This document shows positions 46,798 through 54,757 of a stretch of DNA of 64,000 nt, piece after piece. Position 1 is the first letter of the stretch. The number at the start of each line of letters is the position of its first letter. The notes under the pieces were generated by a model. That model saw only the letters and a program-made list of their open reading frames with translations. It made no database searches and was not told the origin of the DNA. The DNA is from a virus (Duplodnaviria; Caudoviricetes): positions 33,418 to 97,417 of IMG/VR virus record IMGVR_UViG_3300029288_000113, one strand, 5' to 3'. The position numbers were made by a program, and so were the translations under genes.

Positions 46798-47585
46798 TAT
46801 TTCCTCTCCGGATACTTATAGAGTTTGGATGGCTCCTGGATGCCGGCCTTGTGGCCCAAGAAGTTGAGCAGCTCCCTGTCTGGGTCGGACCCCAAGAGTG
46901 TCTGGAAGAACGTGGCCTCATCCGGGGTCATGGCAATCCTGGTCTTGATCCTCCAGTGCTCCTTATTGTGGGTGAGTTTGTATCCCCGTGGTGTGACGAA
47001 CTTGCCGGCCTTGGCTGACTTCGACGGCCAGTTTTCAATCGACTCTATGAACCCGGCTGCCTCCAGCCTCTCCGTCATCTCAAATGCACGGTCAAAGGCA
47101 TCGAGGTCATCCAGGTCGAGCAGCAGTTCCTTCTCCTGCCTGATGACGACCTCGACTCCAGATTTTCTCTTGGCTAGATCATTTTTCCGTTCCCACTCGC
47201 CTGGGTCGAGGGCACCATCACAATCAAAATAATGGCTTATTTTGGATATTTCCTCCACCAGGTATTCCCATTTTTTCGCCCGCCAGTAGGGCCGCATGAT
47301 TTTTTCACTAATGCTCTCCAGGGCAGTCATGTTCCCTTGCATAGGACTTGGACTTGGTATATCATCTGTCTCCGGTAGTGGCATCCAATGGGTTGGTTCA
47401 CCACCTCCATCAGTGAAGGCATCATTGCTGTGGGTCTGCCATGGATTTGATGGGCGGTATTCAGAGTCATAGTGACCCACCGCGCAGCGTAATGGGGTGC
47501 TGGTGTAGCCACTGGGCCCAAACAGCAGGATATAAGTGCCATCCCTAGGGGCAGTTTGTATGGGCTGGAGCTTGTGTTCCATCAT
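46797..47585 (-). CDS. DUF551-like domain fused to a DxD/GSDP domain
   Basis: QPIQTAPRDG...PTHWMPLP N-terminus; C-terminus paralogous to 58077-58559. Confidence 0.6.
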   Translation of the reverse strand: MMEHKLQPIQTAPRDGTYILLFGPSGYTSTPLRCAVGHYDSEYRPSNPWQTHSNDAFTDGGGEPTHWMPLPETDDIPSPSPMQGNMTALESISEKIMRPYWRAKKWEYLVEEISKISHYFDCDGALDPGEWERKNDLAKRKSGVEVVIRQEKELLLDLDDLDAFDRAFEMTERLEAAGFIESIENWPSKSAKAGKFVTPRGYKLTHNKEHWRIKTRIAMTPDEATFFQTLLGSDPDRELLNFLGHKAGIQEPSKLYKYPERK

Positions 47586-47591
47586 TCATCC

Positions 47592-47837
47592 TCAACTTAG
47601 ATCAGGTACTATCGCCTTGCTCCGGCATTGACCCGGATTCATGGGCGATTTTCCGGAGCCGTCCGGCCATACATAGGCCACATCATGACAATGCTGGCAC
47701 TCCATCCTGTGAAAGTCACTGCCCAACACCTTGGCCATGACAAACCCCTCCCCAATGTCATGGCCCTCCTCCTTGGCCTGGGTCTCCATGTCCTCCAGGA
47801 TTTCTTGCACCGAATCTGGTTCAGGTGGCAGGCTCAT
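47592..47837 (-). CDS. Small Zn-binding hypothetical protein
   Basis: H...CQHC...C. Confidence 0.45.
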   Translation of the reverse strand: MSLPPEPDSVQEILEDMETQAKEEGHDIGEGFVMAKVLGSDFHRMECQHCHDVAYVWPDGSGKSPMNPGQCRSKAIVPDLS

Positions 47838-48006
47838 TTTGCTCATCCTTATATGGCTCATATCTTGCCAGTTTCGATTCCAGGTAGTTTTGCAATTCCC
47901 TTGGTATATAGTTATCATCACCGTAATATGTGGCGACTGGTTGGCCATTTTCAAATACATGAATGGTGCCGTCATCACCAACCAATTCTATTTTTACCAG
48001 TTTCAT
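47821..48006 (-). CDS. Hypothetical protein
   Basis: GGAGG RBS; tiles the gap. Confidence 0.45.
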   Translation of the reverse strand: MKLVKIELVGDDGTIHVFENGQPVATYYGDDNYIPRELQNYLESKLARYEPYKDEQNEPAT

Positions 48007-48209
48007 TTTATGAAATCCTCCAGGCCCCGGTCCTCCACCATCCACAAGGGGATGTCGACCTCCATGGCAGTCTCCCGGATATCCTCTGTTACGGATTTGG
48101 GCAGATTAATAATGGTCGGATCGTCACCGAACCTAAACAGCCATGACAGGCCGGTGCCTGATTCGCCGATCAGCTCGGTATATTCCAGGGTCTTGATGGT
48201 GTTGGACAT
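48003..48209 (-). CDS. Hypothetical protein
   Basis: LPKS...IP.W....RGLE small phage-protein pattern. Confidence 0.5.
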   Translation of the reverse strand: MSNTIKTLEYTELIGESGTGLSWLFRFGDDPTIINLPKSVTEDIRETAMEVDIPLWMVEDRGLEDFIK

Positions 48210-48220
48210 GGGGTTTATTC

Positions 48221-48430
48221 CTAAAGGATCACCTGATCTATACCGGCTATGAAGGCGATGACGTCAGGCATAGGAGATATGGGCTCGCCACAGGGCAACC
48301 CAGTATCCTCATCAATGTTGATATATTGGTTAAGCCATTTTTGCCTGGCATGGTCAAATGAATCAGCCATCACATAAATGGATTCATAGCCGGAACATTG
48401 GATTAAATACAATCCCCTTTCCATGATCAT
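48221..48430 (-). CDS. Hypothetical protein
   Basis: GAGGAG RBS. Confidence 0.5.
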   Translation of the reverse strand: MIMERGLYLIQCSGYESIYVMADSFDHARQKWLNQYINIDEDTGLPCGEPISPMPDVIAFIAGIDQVIL

Positions 48431-48436
48431 TTCTCC

Positions 48437-48649
48437 TCAGAAATATTTTTCACTGACCACTTTTCCACAGGACATGCAGCGTATCACATCACTGGATGGA
48501 CCGGATAATTTTATGAGTATTCCAGGAAGGCCGTCGTTGGTCCCATATTTCAGGTCATTCTGCTCGACCTGAAAGTTGTCCGACCCACAATCGCAGACCA
48601 ATTTATCGACCTTGATTTCTTCTGGCCATAGGTTCTTGGTTTTTGGCAT
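48437..48649 (-). CDS. Small Zn-ribbon protein
   Basis: CDCGS...CMSCG; directly downstream of a promoter motif. Confidence 0.55.
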   Translation of the reverse strand: MPKTKNLWPEEIKVDKLVCDCGSDNFQVEQNDLKYGTNDGLPGILIKLSGPSSDVIRCMSCGKVVSEKYF

Positions 48650-48666
48650 CTTGTTTATTCCTTTCC

Positions 48667-48683
48667 TATATTATAGCCTATTT
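48667..48683 (-). promoter_or_regulatory. Promoter motif AAATAGGCTATAATATA
   Basis: Repeated motif overlapping the dnaE stop. Confidence 0.6.
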
Positions 48684-51600
48684 CATCCAGTCCCCATATG
48701 AGGCAGCCACTGCACAATCATTCCAGATCGGGCATGGTCCACACTCCAGAAAATTATTGTTGTCCAGGCCGAACCTACCATTGTAGGGGCAGACCTGGAC
48801 CTGTGGTACCTGGCCGGTGCCTACATTCTGGCCACCGAGCCTGGCCAGCACCTGTGCGAAATTGGCAATGCCTGTGGAAAAGCTCTCCATGTTGCTTCGG
48901 TTATGGAGAACCGCACTTGGATGCGTGCACCAGCAGACCCAACACTGATACCTGTCTGACCACTCGGTTGTCCCGCTCAGGCCAGATATGCCCGATGACT
49001 TACCGGCAAAAAACTGGTTACCGACATTGCCGAATGCCAGTATCACGATCGGTTGTAGGCACTTGATCTCGGCATCGAGTATGGGCCTGCAGGCCTCGAT
49101 ATGTTTTTTGCCTGGTGTCTTGGTCCTGGATGGCCAGCACTTGCAGACATTGGTGACATGCAGCATCAGGGCGTCCAGACCATGTTTTCTCATCTCTGGC
49201 CATAGGATATCCGTTCCCGCCCTGCCTATGAATCCGATGCCCTGTTCGTCCTCGTCAGGACCAGGGGCCTCACCTGTGGCCATGATATTGTAGCGCCCGA
49301 ACGATGGGTTGACTGGGGCCCGGCACTCGTCCCGGAGCTGGCAGGCCCGACACTCGATCACCGGATGGACATGCCTGGTGATCCTGATCAGGTTTGCACT
49401 GATGTTGCAGCCCAGCAGGTCCGATTCCTGGGCCATGGCCAGGCCAGGGTCCATCTGGATGATCTTGGAAAACCTGCCTGCACTATCCTGGATATTGAAA
49501 TCGAAGTATTGCTGGGCCTGCTGGAGCTCATCGGTAGTCAATGCCCGGCCATCGGCTCCCACCTTGTGTAATATATCTTGGATGGCGTTTCCTGCACGGA
49601 CGGCGGTGGCAGGCTGTTGTGGGGTAGGATCTATATCTAAATCGGTGTCAAAAAAACCCTTTCTAATTGGCTTTGTTTGTTTCTTTGTCTTGCCACTTGG
49701 TTTCGAACTGTTTGTTCCTTTGACTAACTTCTCGGCTTGCGTTGGTCCTATGCCCTTGATCTCGGTGAATGGTGCATATAAGACTGGTTGTGACCTGTCG
49801 GGCATCCATTTCTTGGCCTCGGACAGGCCGATCCTGGGCAAGACCAGCCTGAGGCCCAGTCTCTTGGCCTCGGCAACATGGGAGGCTTTGTGGCGCTCAT
49901 CCCCATATGTGAGCAGGGCGGCCATGAATTCCTTGGGATGGTTGAACTTTAACCACAGGGTCCAATATCCAATGAGACTGTATTCAACTGCATGGGCCTT
50001 GTTGAAGAGATATGACCCACATGTTGACAGCTGTGCCCAAATGTGTTTTGCCTCCTGGGGTCCCAGGGTCTTCTGTGATAAGCAACCATCGACGAATTGT
50101 GGCTCGAATTTGAGAAACTCGGCCGCGCCCTTGCTCTTGCCCATGACCTTGCGGACCTTGTCACAGACGCCCCAGGATAGGCCGGCTAGCTCGTTCATGG
50201 TCCACATCACCTGTTCCTGGTAGATGATTAACCCCAGGGTCTCCCTGGTGTACTGCTCCATCCTGGGATGGATGTAGGTGATGGGTTTTTGGCCTCGGCG
50301 CCTGGCGATGAAGTCATCGGTGATGCCGGCCCCAAGGGGCCCTGGCCTTGACAGGGCATTGATCAGCACCAGGTCGTTGAATTCCCTGACCTGCAGGTCC
50401 TTGGCCAGCCTGATGAGCAGGTTGGTACCGAGCTGGAACCCACCAACGCAGTGCCCTTGGGCTGTCTCCTGGAACACTGTCTGGTCATCCAATGGTATCC
50501 TATCATAGTCGATGTCGATATCACAGTTCTGCTTGATCAGCTTCCTGGTATAGTTGAGTACAGAGAGGGTGGACAGGCCCAGGACATCAAACTTCATGAG
50601 GCCCATGTACTCGCCATCGCCCTTGTCCCAATTGGCAGTGATGACATTGTCCCTTACTGCCAAGTTGCACCGCTCACCGAGCCTGAGGTCATCGGCCGAT
50701 ATGCAGATGCCCGCTGCATGCTTGCCATAGCCCCGGGCCTGGCCCTCGAGTTCCATGGCTAGCTGGATGACATCGGGGTGCCTGAATCTGAACGCCTGGA
50801 GGTCCTGTGATTGTACCAGGGAGTCCTCGATGGTATGGCCGGCCCTGTTGTCACCGTCCGGCTTATCCTGAATGGACTTGGCGGCCCCATCAACCTCATG
50901 CTGGGGCACACTGAAGACCCTGGCCACATCACGGATTGCCGCCCGGCCCTTCATGGTCAGGAATGTGGTGATGCTAGCCACGTTATGATGGCCGTAGCAG
51001 GCCTCGATGTGGGCCCGGACTTCCTCCCTGCGCTCCTTCTCGAAATCCATGTCAATGTCAGGATAGTCGATGCGCTCCGGGCTGATGAACCTGGCGAAGA
51101 TCAGGCCATACCTGATGGGGTCCACGTCGGTCAGACCCATTAGGTAGGCCACTAGGGAGCCACCCACTGACCCACGTCCGGGGCCAGTCATGATGCCCTG
51201 CTCTCTGCACCATTGGACTATCTCCCAGATGATCAGGAAGTATCGCTGGAAACCTTGTTGGCAAATTAGTTCAAATTCTTCAGCAGTTCTGGTTATATAT
51301 TCCTGTGGAACCGTATTGCCAATCCTGATTTTCATTCCTTCCTGTATTATTTCAGTAAGCAGTTGCGTCTCGTCCCGATCCTCATATCCACTGGCCTTGG
51401 GCAATGATACATCCAGCTTCTTGATCTCAAAGCCGGAGCACATCCGGGCAATCTCCATGGTGTTGGACATGGCCTGCCGCCACTCATCCTCGGGCAGGAC
51501 CCCCTGGGTGACGAAGGCCTGGGCCATCTCCTGTTCCGACCTTAGGTGCAGGCCGTCGAACCCGAACCTCCACCTGTCCGGGTCGGTCCATTTGGCCCCC

Positions 51601-52238
51601 CTCTGGATGGCCAGCAGAACTTCCTGTGTTCGGGTCTGGTGGGGTAGGACGTAGTGGCAGTCGTTGGTGGCCACCAGGGGAATCCCGGTCTGCTGGGATA
51701 GCCTTAGCTTGGCCAGGTTCGTCTGTCTCTGGGCCTCAATGTTGTGGGGCATGACCTCAAGGCACACTGGGTTGGTCTTGGACAATTCCATGAGCAGCTC
51801 AAGACCATCGGGCATGAACACGAAGGACTGGATGCAGGCGGACATGAATACCAGGCCCTCGCGGTGGGTCAGCAAGAGATTCGGGTCGATCCTGGGCCTA
51901 TGATAGAACCCCTCAAGGTTGGCTTGGGACAGCATCTGAAGCAGGTTCTTGAATCCAATTTCATTCTGGATCAGGGCTGTGATGTGGTGCCGCTTTTCAC
52001 CCTGGGCTTTGACATATAGGTCAGGGACGATGTACAGCTCACAGCCCATGACTGGGGTGATGCCGTGCTTTTTACAGGACTTCTGGAATTTGATAAGGCC
52101 ATCGACATTGCCGTGATTGGTGATCGAGAGATGGGTTTGCCCCAGCTCCCTGGCCCTGGCACAGTACTGGTCAGCAGTACCGATCCCATCCAGGAGGCTG
52201 TGCTCATTGTGGACATGGAGATGGCAGAAGTTAGTCAC
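48678..52238 (-). CDS. dnaE: DNA polymerase III alpha (DnaE) fused to a family-4-like uracil-DNA glycosylase domain
   Basis: HLHVH..HSLLDG PHP domain, GPGRGS, PDIDMDF, KFDVLGL, FNKAHA; C-terminal CRACQL, GEAPG..ED..G..F.GRAG, KCWP and HPS. Confidence 0.9.
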   Translation of the reverse strand: MTNFCHLHVHNEHSLLDGIGTADQYCARARELGQTHLSITNHGNVDGLIKFQKSCKKHGITPVMGCELYIVPDLYVKAQGEKRHHITALIQNEIGFKNLLQMLSQANLEGFYHRPRIDPNLLLTHREGLVFMSACIQSFVFMPDGLELLMELSKTNPVCLEVMPHNIEAQRQTNLAKLRLSQQTGIPLVATNDCHYVLPHQTRTQEVLLAIQRGAKWTDPDRWRFGFDGLHLRSEQEMAQAFVTQGVLPEDEWRQAMSNTMEIARMCSGFEIKKLDVSLPKASGYEDRDETQLLTEIIQEGMKIRIGNTVPQEYITRTAEEFELICQQGFQRYFLIIWEIVQWCREQGIMTGPGRGSVGGSLVAYLMGLTDVDPIRYGLIFARFISPERIDYPDIDMDFEKERREEVRAHIEACYGHHNVASITTFLTMKGRAAIRDVARVFSVPQHEVDGAAKSIQDKPDGDNRAGHTIEDSLVQSQDLQAFRFRHPDVIQLAMELEGQARGYGKHAAGICISADDLRLGERCNLAVRDNVITANWDKGDGEYMGLMKFDVLGLSTLSVLNYTRKLIKQNCDIDIDYDRIPLDDQTVFQETAQGHCVGGFQLGTNLLIRLAKDLQVREFNDLVLINALSRPGPLGAGITDDFIARRRGQKPITYIHPRMEQYTRETLGLIIYQEQVMWTMNELAGLSWGVCDKVRKVMGKSKGAAEFLKFEPQFVDGCLSQKTLGPQEAKHIWAQLSTCGSYLFNKAHAVEYSLIGYWTLWLKFNHPKEFMAALLTYGDERHKASHVAEAKRLGLRLVLPRIGLSEAKKWMPDRSQPVLYAPFTEIKGIGPTQAEKLVKGTNSSKPSGKTKKQTKPIRKGFFDTDLDIDPTPQQPATAVRAGNAIQDILHKVGADGRALTTDELQQAQQYFDFNIQDSAGRFSKIIQMDPGLAMAQESDLLGCNISANLIRITRHVHPVIECRACQLRDECRAPVNPSFGRYNIMATGEAPGPDEDEQGIGFIGRAGTDILWPEMRKHGLDALMLHVTNVCKCWPSRTKTPGKKHIEACRPILDAEIKCLQPIVILAFGNVGNQFFAGKSSGISGLSGTTEWSDRYQCWVCWCTHPSAVLHNRSNMESFSTGIANFAQVLARLGGQNVGTGQVPQVQVCPYNGRFGLDNNNFLECGPCPIWNDCAVAASYGDWMK

Positions 52239-52392
52239 TTTTTATTTGTTCCCTATATAATGGCCATCCTTTTCCAACTCCCCAAGGTTCTATCATTATG
52301 TAATAGAAAGATAGTAATCTCTGAGCGACTTTGGTCATTAACCAGGCCTCGCGATTTTTGGTCAAAGTGTTAGCAGCGAAGTATATTTTCAT
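52231..52392 (-). CDS. TGT-fragment-like micro-protein A (53 aa, MKIYFAAN...QRLLSFYY...KGWPLYR)
   Basis: Read by hand. ATGA overlap with 52389-52574; paralogous to B, C and D. Confidence 0.7.
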   Translation of the reverse strand: MKIYFAANTLTKNREAWLMTKVAQRLLSFYYIMIEPWGVGKGWPLYREQIKSD

Positions 52393-52574
52393 TCATTATC
52401 AGGTGGCAGAAGTTCATTTGTCCTCTTGATCAAAGTAAAACTAATACCTGTACCCATATCTTCTTTTGGGCCAAGGGATAAATAGAAATAAGACAAAAGT
52501 CTAGTTGGACAAAATTTTAACCAAATTTTTTCCCTTTCTTCAAATCCTGCGTTTCCTGCAAAATAGATCCTCAT
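52389..52574 (-). CDS. TGT-fragment-like micro-protein B (61 aa, MRIYFAGN...TRLLSYFY)
   Basis: ATGA overlap with the beta-clamp stop; shared motif. Confidence 0.7.
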   Translation of the reverse strand: MRIYFAGNAGFEEREKIWLKFCPTRLLSYFYLSLGPKEDMGTGISFTLIKRTNELLPPDNE

Positions 52575-53584
52575 TCATTCACCAGGAGCAACAGGTGTCG
52601 GAAATTGTTCCCTTGGAATAGGCAGCAATTCTCTCCGATTAGGATTTCCTGACATTTAGTCAGAATATCGACTAAAAATAAGGGGTTTGCTACCATGACA
52701 ATTGGATGGCCCGAATATTGAATGGGTACTTCTTCTTCGATCCAGCCAATTTCTTTCTGACCCCGACAAACCAGTTTATTGTCTTGAAGGGTCAGTTTGA
52801 CTTTCAGGTCCAGTTCAGAATCACCCTCCACCATTATCTTGGTTCGTTCCAGGGTCTTTGTCAGGTCAGGCAGTTTGATACTTTGCCCCTGGATATCAAA
52901 GAATTTATCTGTGTTGATGAATTTGGCCATTTTACGTAAAACGCTAAAGATTAGACCGGATTTGTCGTCGGCAAAGTGAATCCAGGCTTTGTCCAAGGCC
53001 ATATGAGTAACTTGATATTTAATTAAGTGTACGGCTGCCTCCATGGGCAAGAGGAAATCGTATGGAATAAGTCCCGATAAAGTGAATTGAGTGATACGCC
53101 AATTGTCTGAACTGGTAGCTTTGGTTCCTTGGAAATGGATGCAGGTCAGGTGAGGCCGGGTTTGGTCCTTGGAGCAAGAGAAGAGACAAAGTCGAAGGGC
53201 CTCTTTGAATTGTTCTGGTAGATCCAGAAAATCATTTTCCGGTTGCAGCCACGGCCAAGCTCCCGGAATGGTATTCAGACCGGCCCGTACTTTGCCGGCC
53301 CTGACTTTGATCTCGGATTCGGCCTGCGTTAACTCGATTTCATCTGCCGAGATTTTGTCCAAAAGTTTGTATAAATCTTCGGCTCTGACTGCACCTTGAA
53401 TTCCGGTTTCAAATGGGATTTGGACTGAGATGTTGCCCCCAAAAGTGACAATTCGATCGCCATGAAAATTGAAGCAGACCCCGGTCTCAATGATGGCATT
53501 ATTTGACAATCCGGGCCGGAGTAGGCCCAGGGCATTGACCAATGCTTGGCGTTGGATTTTTTTTACCGATGCCTGTCGTACCAT
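52571..53584 (-). CDS. dnaN: DNA polymerase III beta sliding clamp
   Basis: 337 aa; RPHLTCIH and SSDNWRI (ATD..RL-like); NP.FL.D.L; next to dnaE, with dnaX present. Confidence 0.75.
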   Translation of the reverse strand: MVRQASVKKIQRQALVNALGLLRPGLSNNAIIETGVCFNFHGDRIVTFGGNISVQIPFETGIQGAVRAEDLYKLLDKISADEIELTQAESEIKVRAGKVRAGLNTIPGAWPWLQPENDFLDLPEQFKEALRLCLFSCSKDQTRPHLTCIHFQGTKATSSDNWRITQFTLSGLIPYDFLLPMEAAVHLIKYQVTHMALDKAWIHFADDKSGLIFSVLRKMAKFINTDKFFDIQGQSIKLPDLTKTLERTKIMVEGDSELDLKVKLTLQDNKLVCRGQKEIGWIEEEVPIQYSGHPIVMVANPLFLVDILTKCQEILIGENCCLFQGNNFRHLLLLVNE

Positions 53585-53711
53585 AGCGATATAACCATCC
53601 TTTGTCTTGATCTCGAATAAAAAAGAAAGATAACAAGCGACTAGTGGCCCGGACTTTGGTCAAGGTCATTCCCTGATTATCCTCGGCCCAAGTGGCTAAG
53701 TAGACTCTCAA
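53499..53711 (-). CDS. TGT-fragment-like micro-protein C (70 aa, MRVYLAT...SRLLSFFF...KGWLYR)
   Basis: TTG start overlapping the DpdA-like stop (TTGA), with GGAGG upstream; shared motif. Confidence 0.65.
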   Translation of the reverse strand: MRVYLATWAEDNQGMTLTKVRATSRLLSFFFIRDQDKGWLYRYGTTGIGKKNPTPSIGQCPGPTPARIVK

Positions 53712-54607
53712 AACCCAAACCCTCCAGCTTGCTTGGGTTGGGATTTTAATTTGAAGGCCCAGGGCCACTCAGGCATAGCTTTTTCCAAATCGAGAAAATA
53801 GATGATGTTAATCTCGTCTCGTTGTATATAGTCATTACAAAGGCCTGGCTCAATAATCAACTCGACTTCCCGGGTACCATCAGTCCTGGCCGGCCCAAGC
53901 CATCGTTCTCCATGCTTGGGTTGGTAATTTTTGGATTCAAGCCTGAATTCTGACTTACCAATCTGGTAGCCTTTAAGATCCAAGTAATTGGTTATTATAG
54001 TCTGTTCCGGAGGGGAGAAGGTCTTGAAGTGTTTGCCAGCGTCCATTTTTTTAGGGGAGCGATCAGATACCGAAACTTTCCAGGAATCGATCAGATAGTC
54101 GTATTTGCCGTTTCGAAATCTGGGTACGTAGATGGAGCCCATACGCCCGGTCATTACCCAGGAAGTAGAGTCGACACTGTACCAAGGGTAGCGAAGCATG
54201 AGCTTGAGAGAAGTCAGGCCAAATCCATGGACTTTGATTTTAGGTGTGCCTTGTTGATCGCAAATATATTGACTGAAGATCATGTCAAGCCAGGGTATTA
54301 AGTCGGTGGTCGAGATAGGTACCATCCCTCCCAGGGCCAAGTAATCATAATTTTCTAGGTAGATTTTTAAGTAATTGATGTCTTCCCCATAATGAAAACA
54401 GGGAAGGGGGTTAAGGCCAGCAGCTTCCATAATTTTCTGATTGGTCAGGGTGCCAGCCGGGTCACCAATTACATCGAGGTTGGCGTAAACAGCAATGACA
54501 TTTTGATTTTCTTTGATAAAAGTGATATACTCCTCAATGTTAATGGTTACCCCTTTGGTGAAGGCGGAGAAAGCCCCGGAGTCCAGAAAAAGATTAACTT
54601 TGTTCAT
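53708..54607 (-). CDS. DpdA/TGT-like 7-deazaguanine DNA transglycosylase (core barrel)
   Basis: LFLDSGAFS, NLDVIG, PCFH, LALGG, VHGFG and SVDSTSW; clustered with folE, queC, queD and queE. Confidence 0.75.
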   Translation of the reverse strand: MNKVNLFLDSGAFSAFTKGVTINIEEYITFIKENQNVIAVYANLDVIGDPAGTLTNQKIMEAAGLNPLPCFHYGEDINYLKIYLENYDYLALGGMVPISTTDLIPWLDMIFSQYICDQQGTPKIKVHGFGLTSLKLMLRYPWYSVDSTSWVMTGRMGSIYVPRFRNGKYDYLIDSWKVSVSDRSPKKMDAGKHFKTFSPPEQTIITNYLDLKGYQIGKSEFRLESKNYQPKHGERWLGPARTDGTREVELIIEPGLCNDYIQRDEINIIYFLDLEKAMPEWPWAFKLKSQPKQAGGFGF

Positions 54608-54619
54608 AATTAGCCTTTA

Positions 54620-54757
54620 TTATTTGTAACAGTTTTTTGGTCCAAATTGGGTTTGCCAATCGTAATAAGAAAGTAATCTTTTGCGAATTAACAAGTTAAA
54701 ACCGTCTTTACCTCGGGTTATATGACCATTAGCAAGGCTGGCAAAATAAATTTTTAT
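54620..54757 (-). CDS. TGT-fragment-like micro-protein D (45 aa, IKIYFAS...KRLLSYY), ATA start or degenerate
   Basis: Read by hand. ATAA overlap with the folE stop; in frame with the DpdA-like ATG but separated by TAA TAA. Confidence 0.55.
   Translation of the reverse strand: MKIYFASLANGHITRGKDGFNLLIRKRLLSYYDWQTQFGPKNCYK

Noticed and set aside
54617-54622. Genome-wide TAA reassignment or readthrough
   Set aside because: TAA terminates many clear genes (capsid, tail tube, tail tip), so the genetic code is standard.
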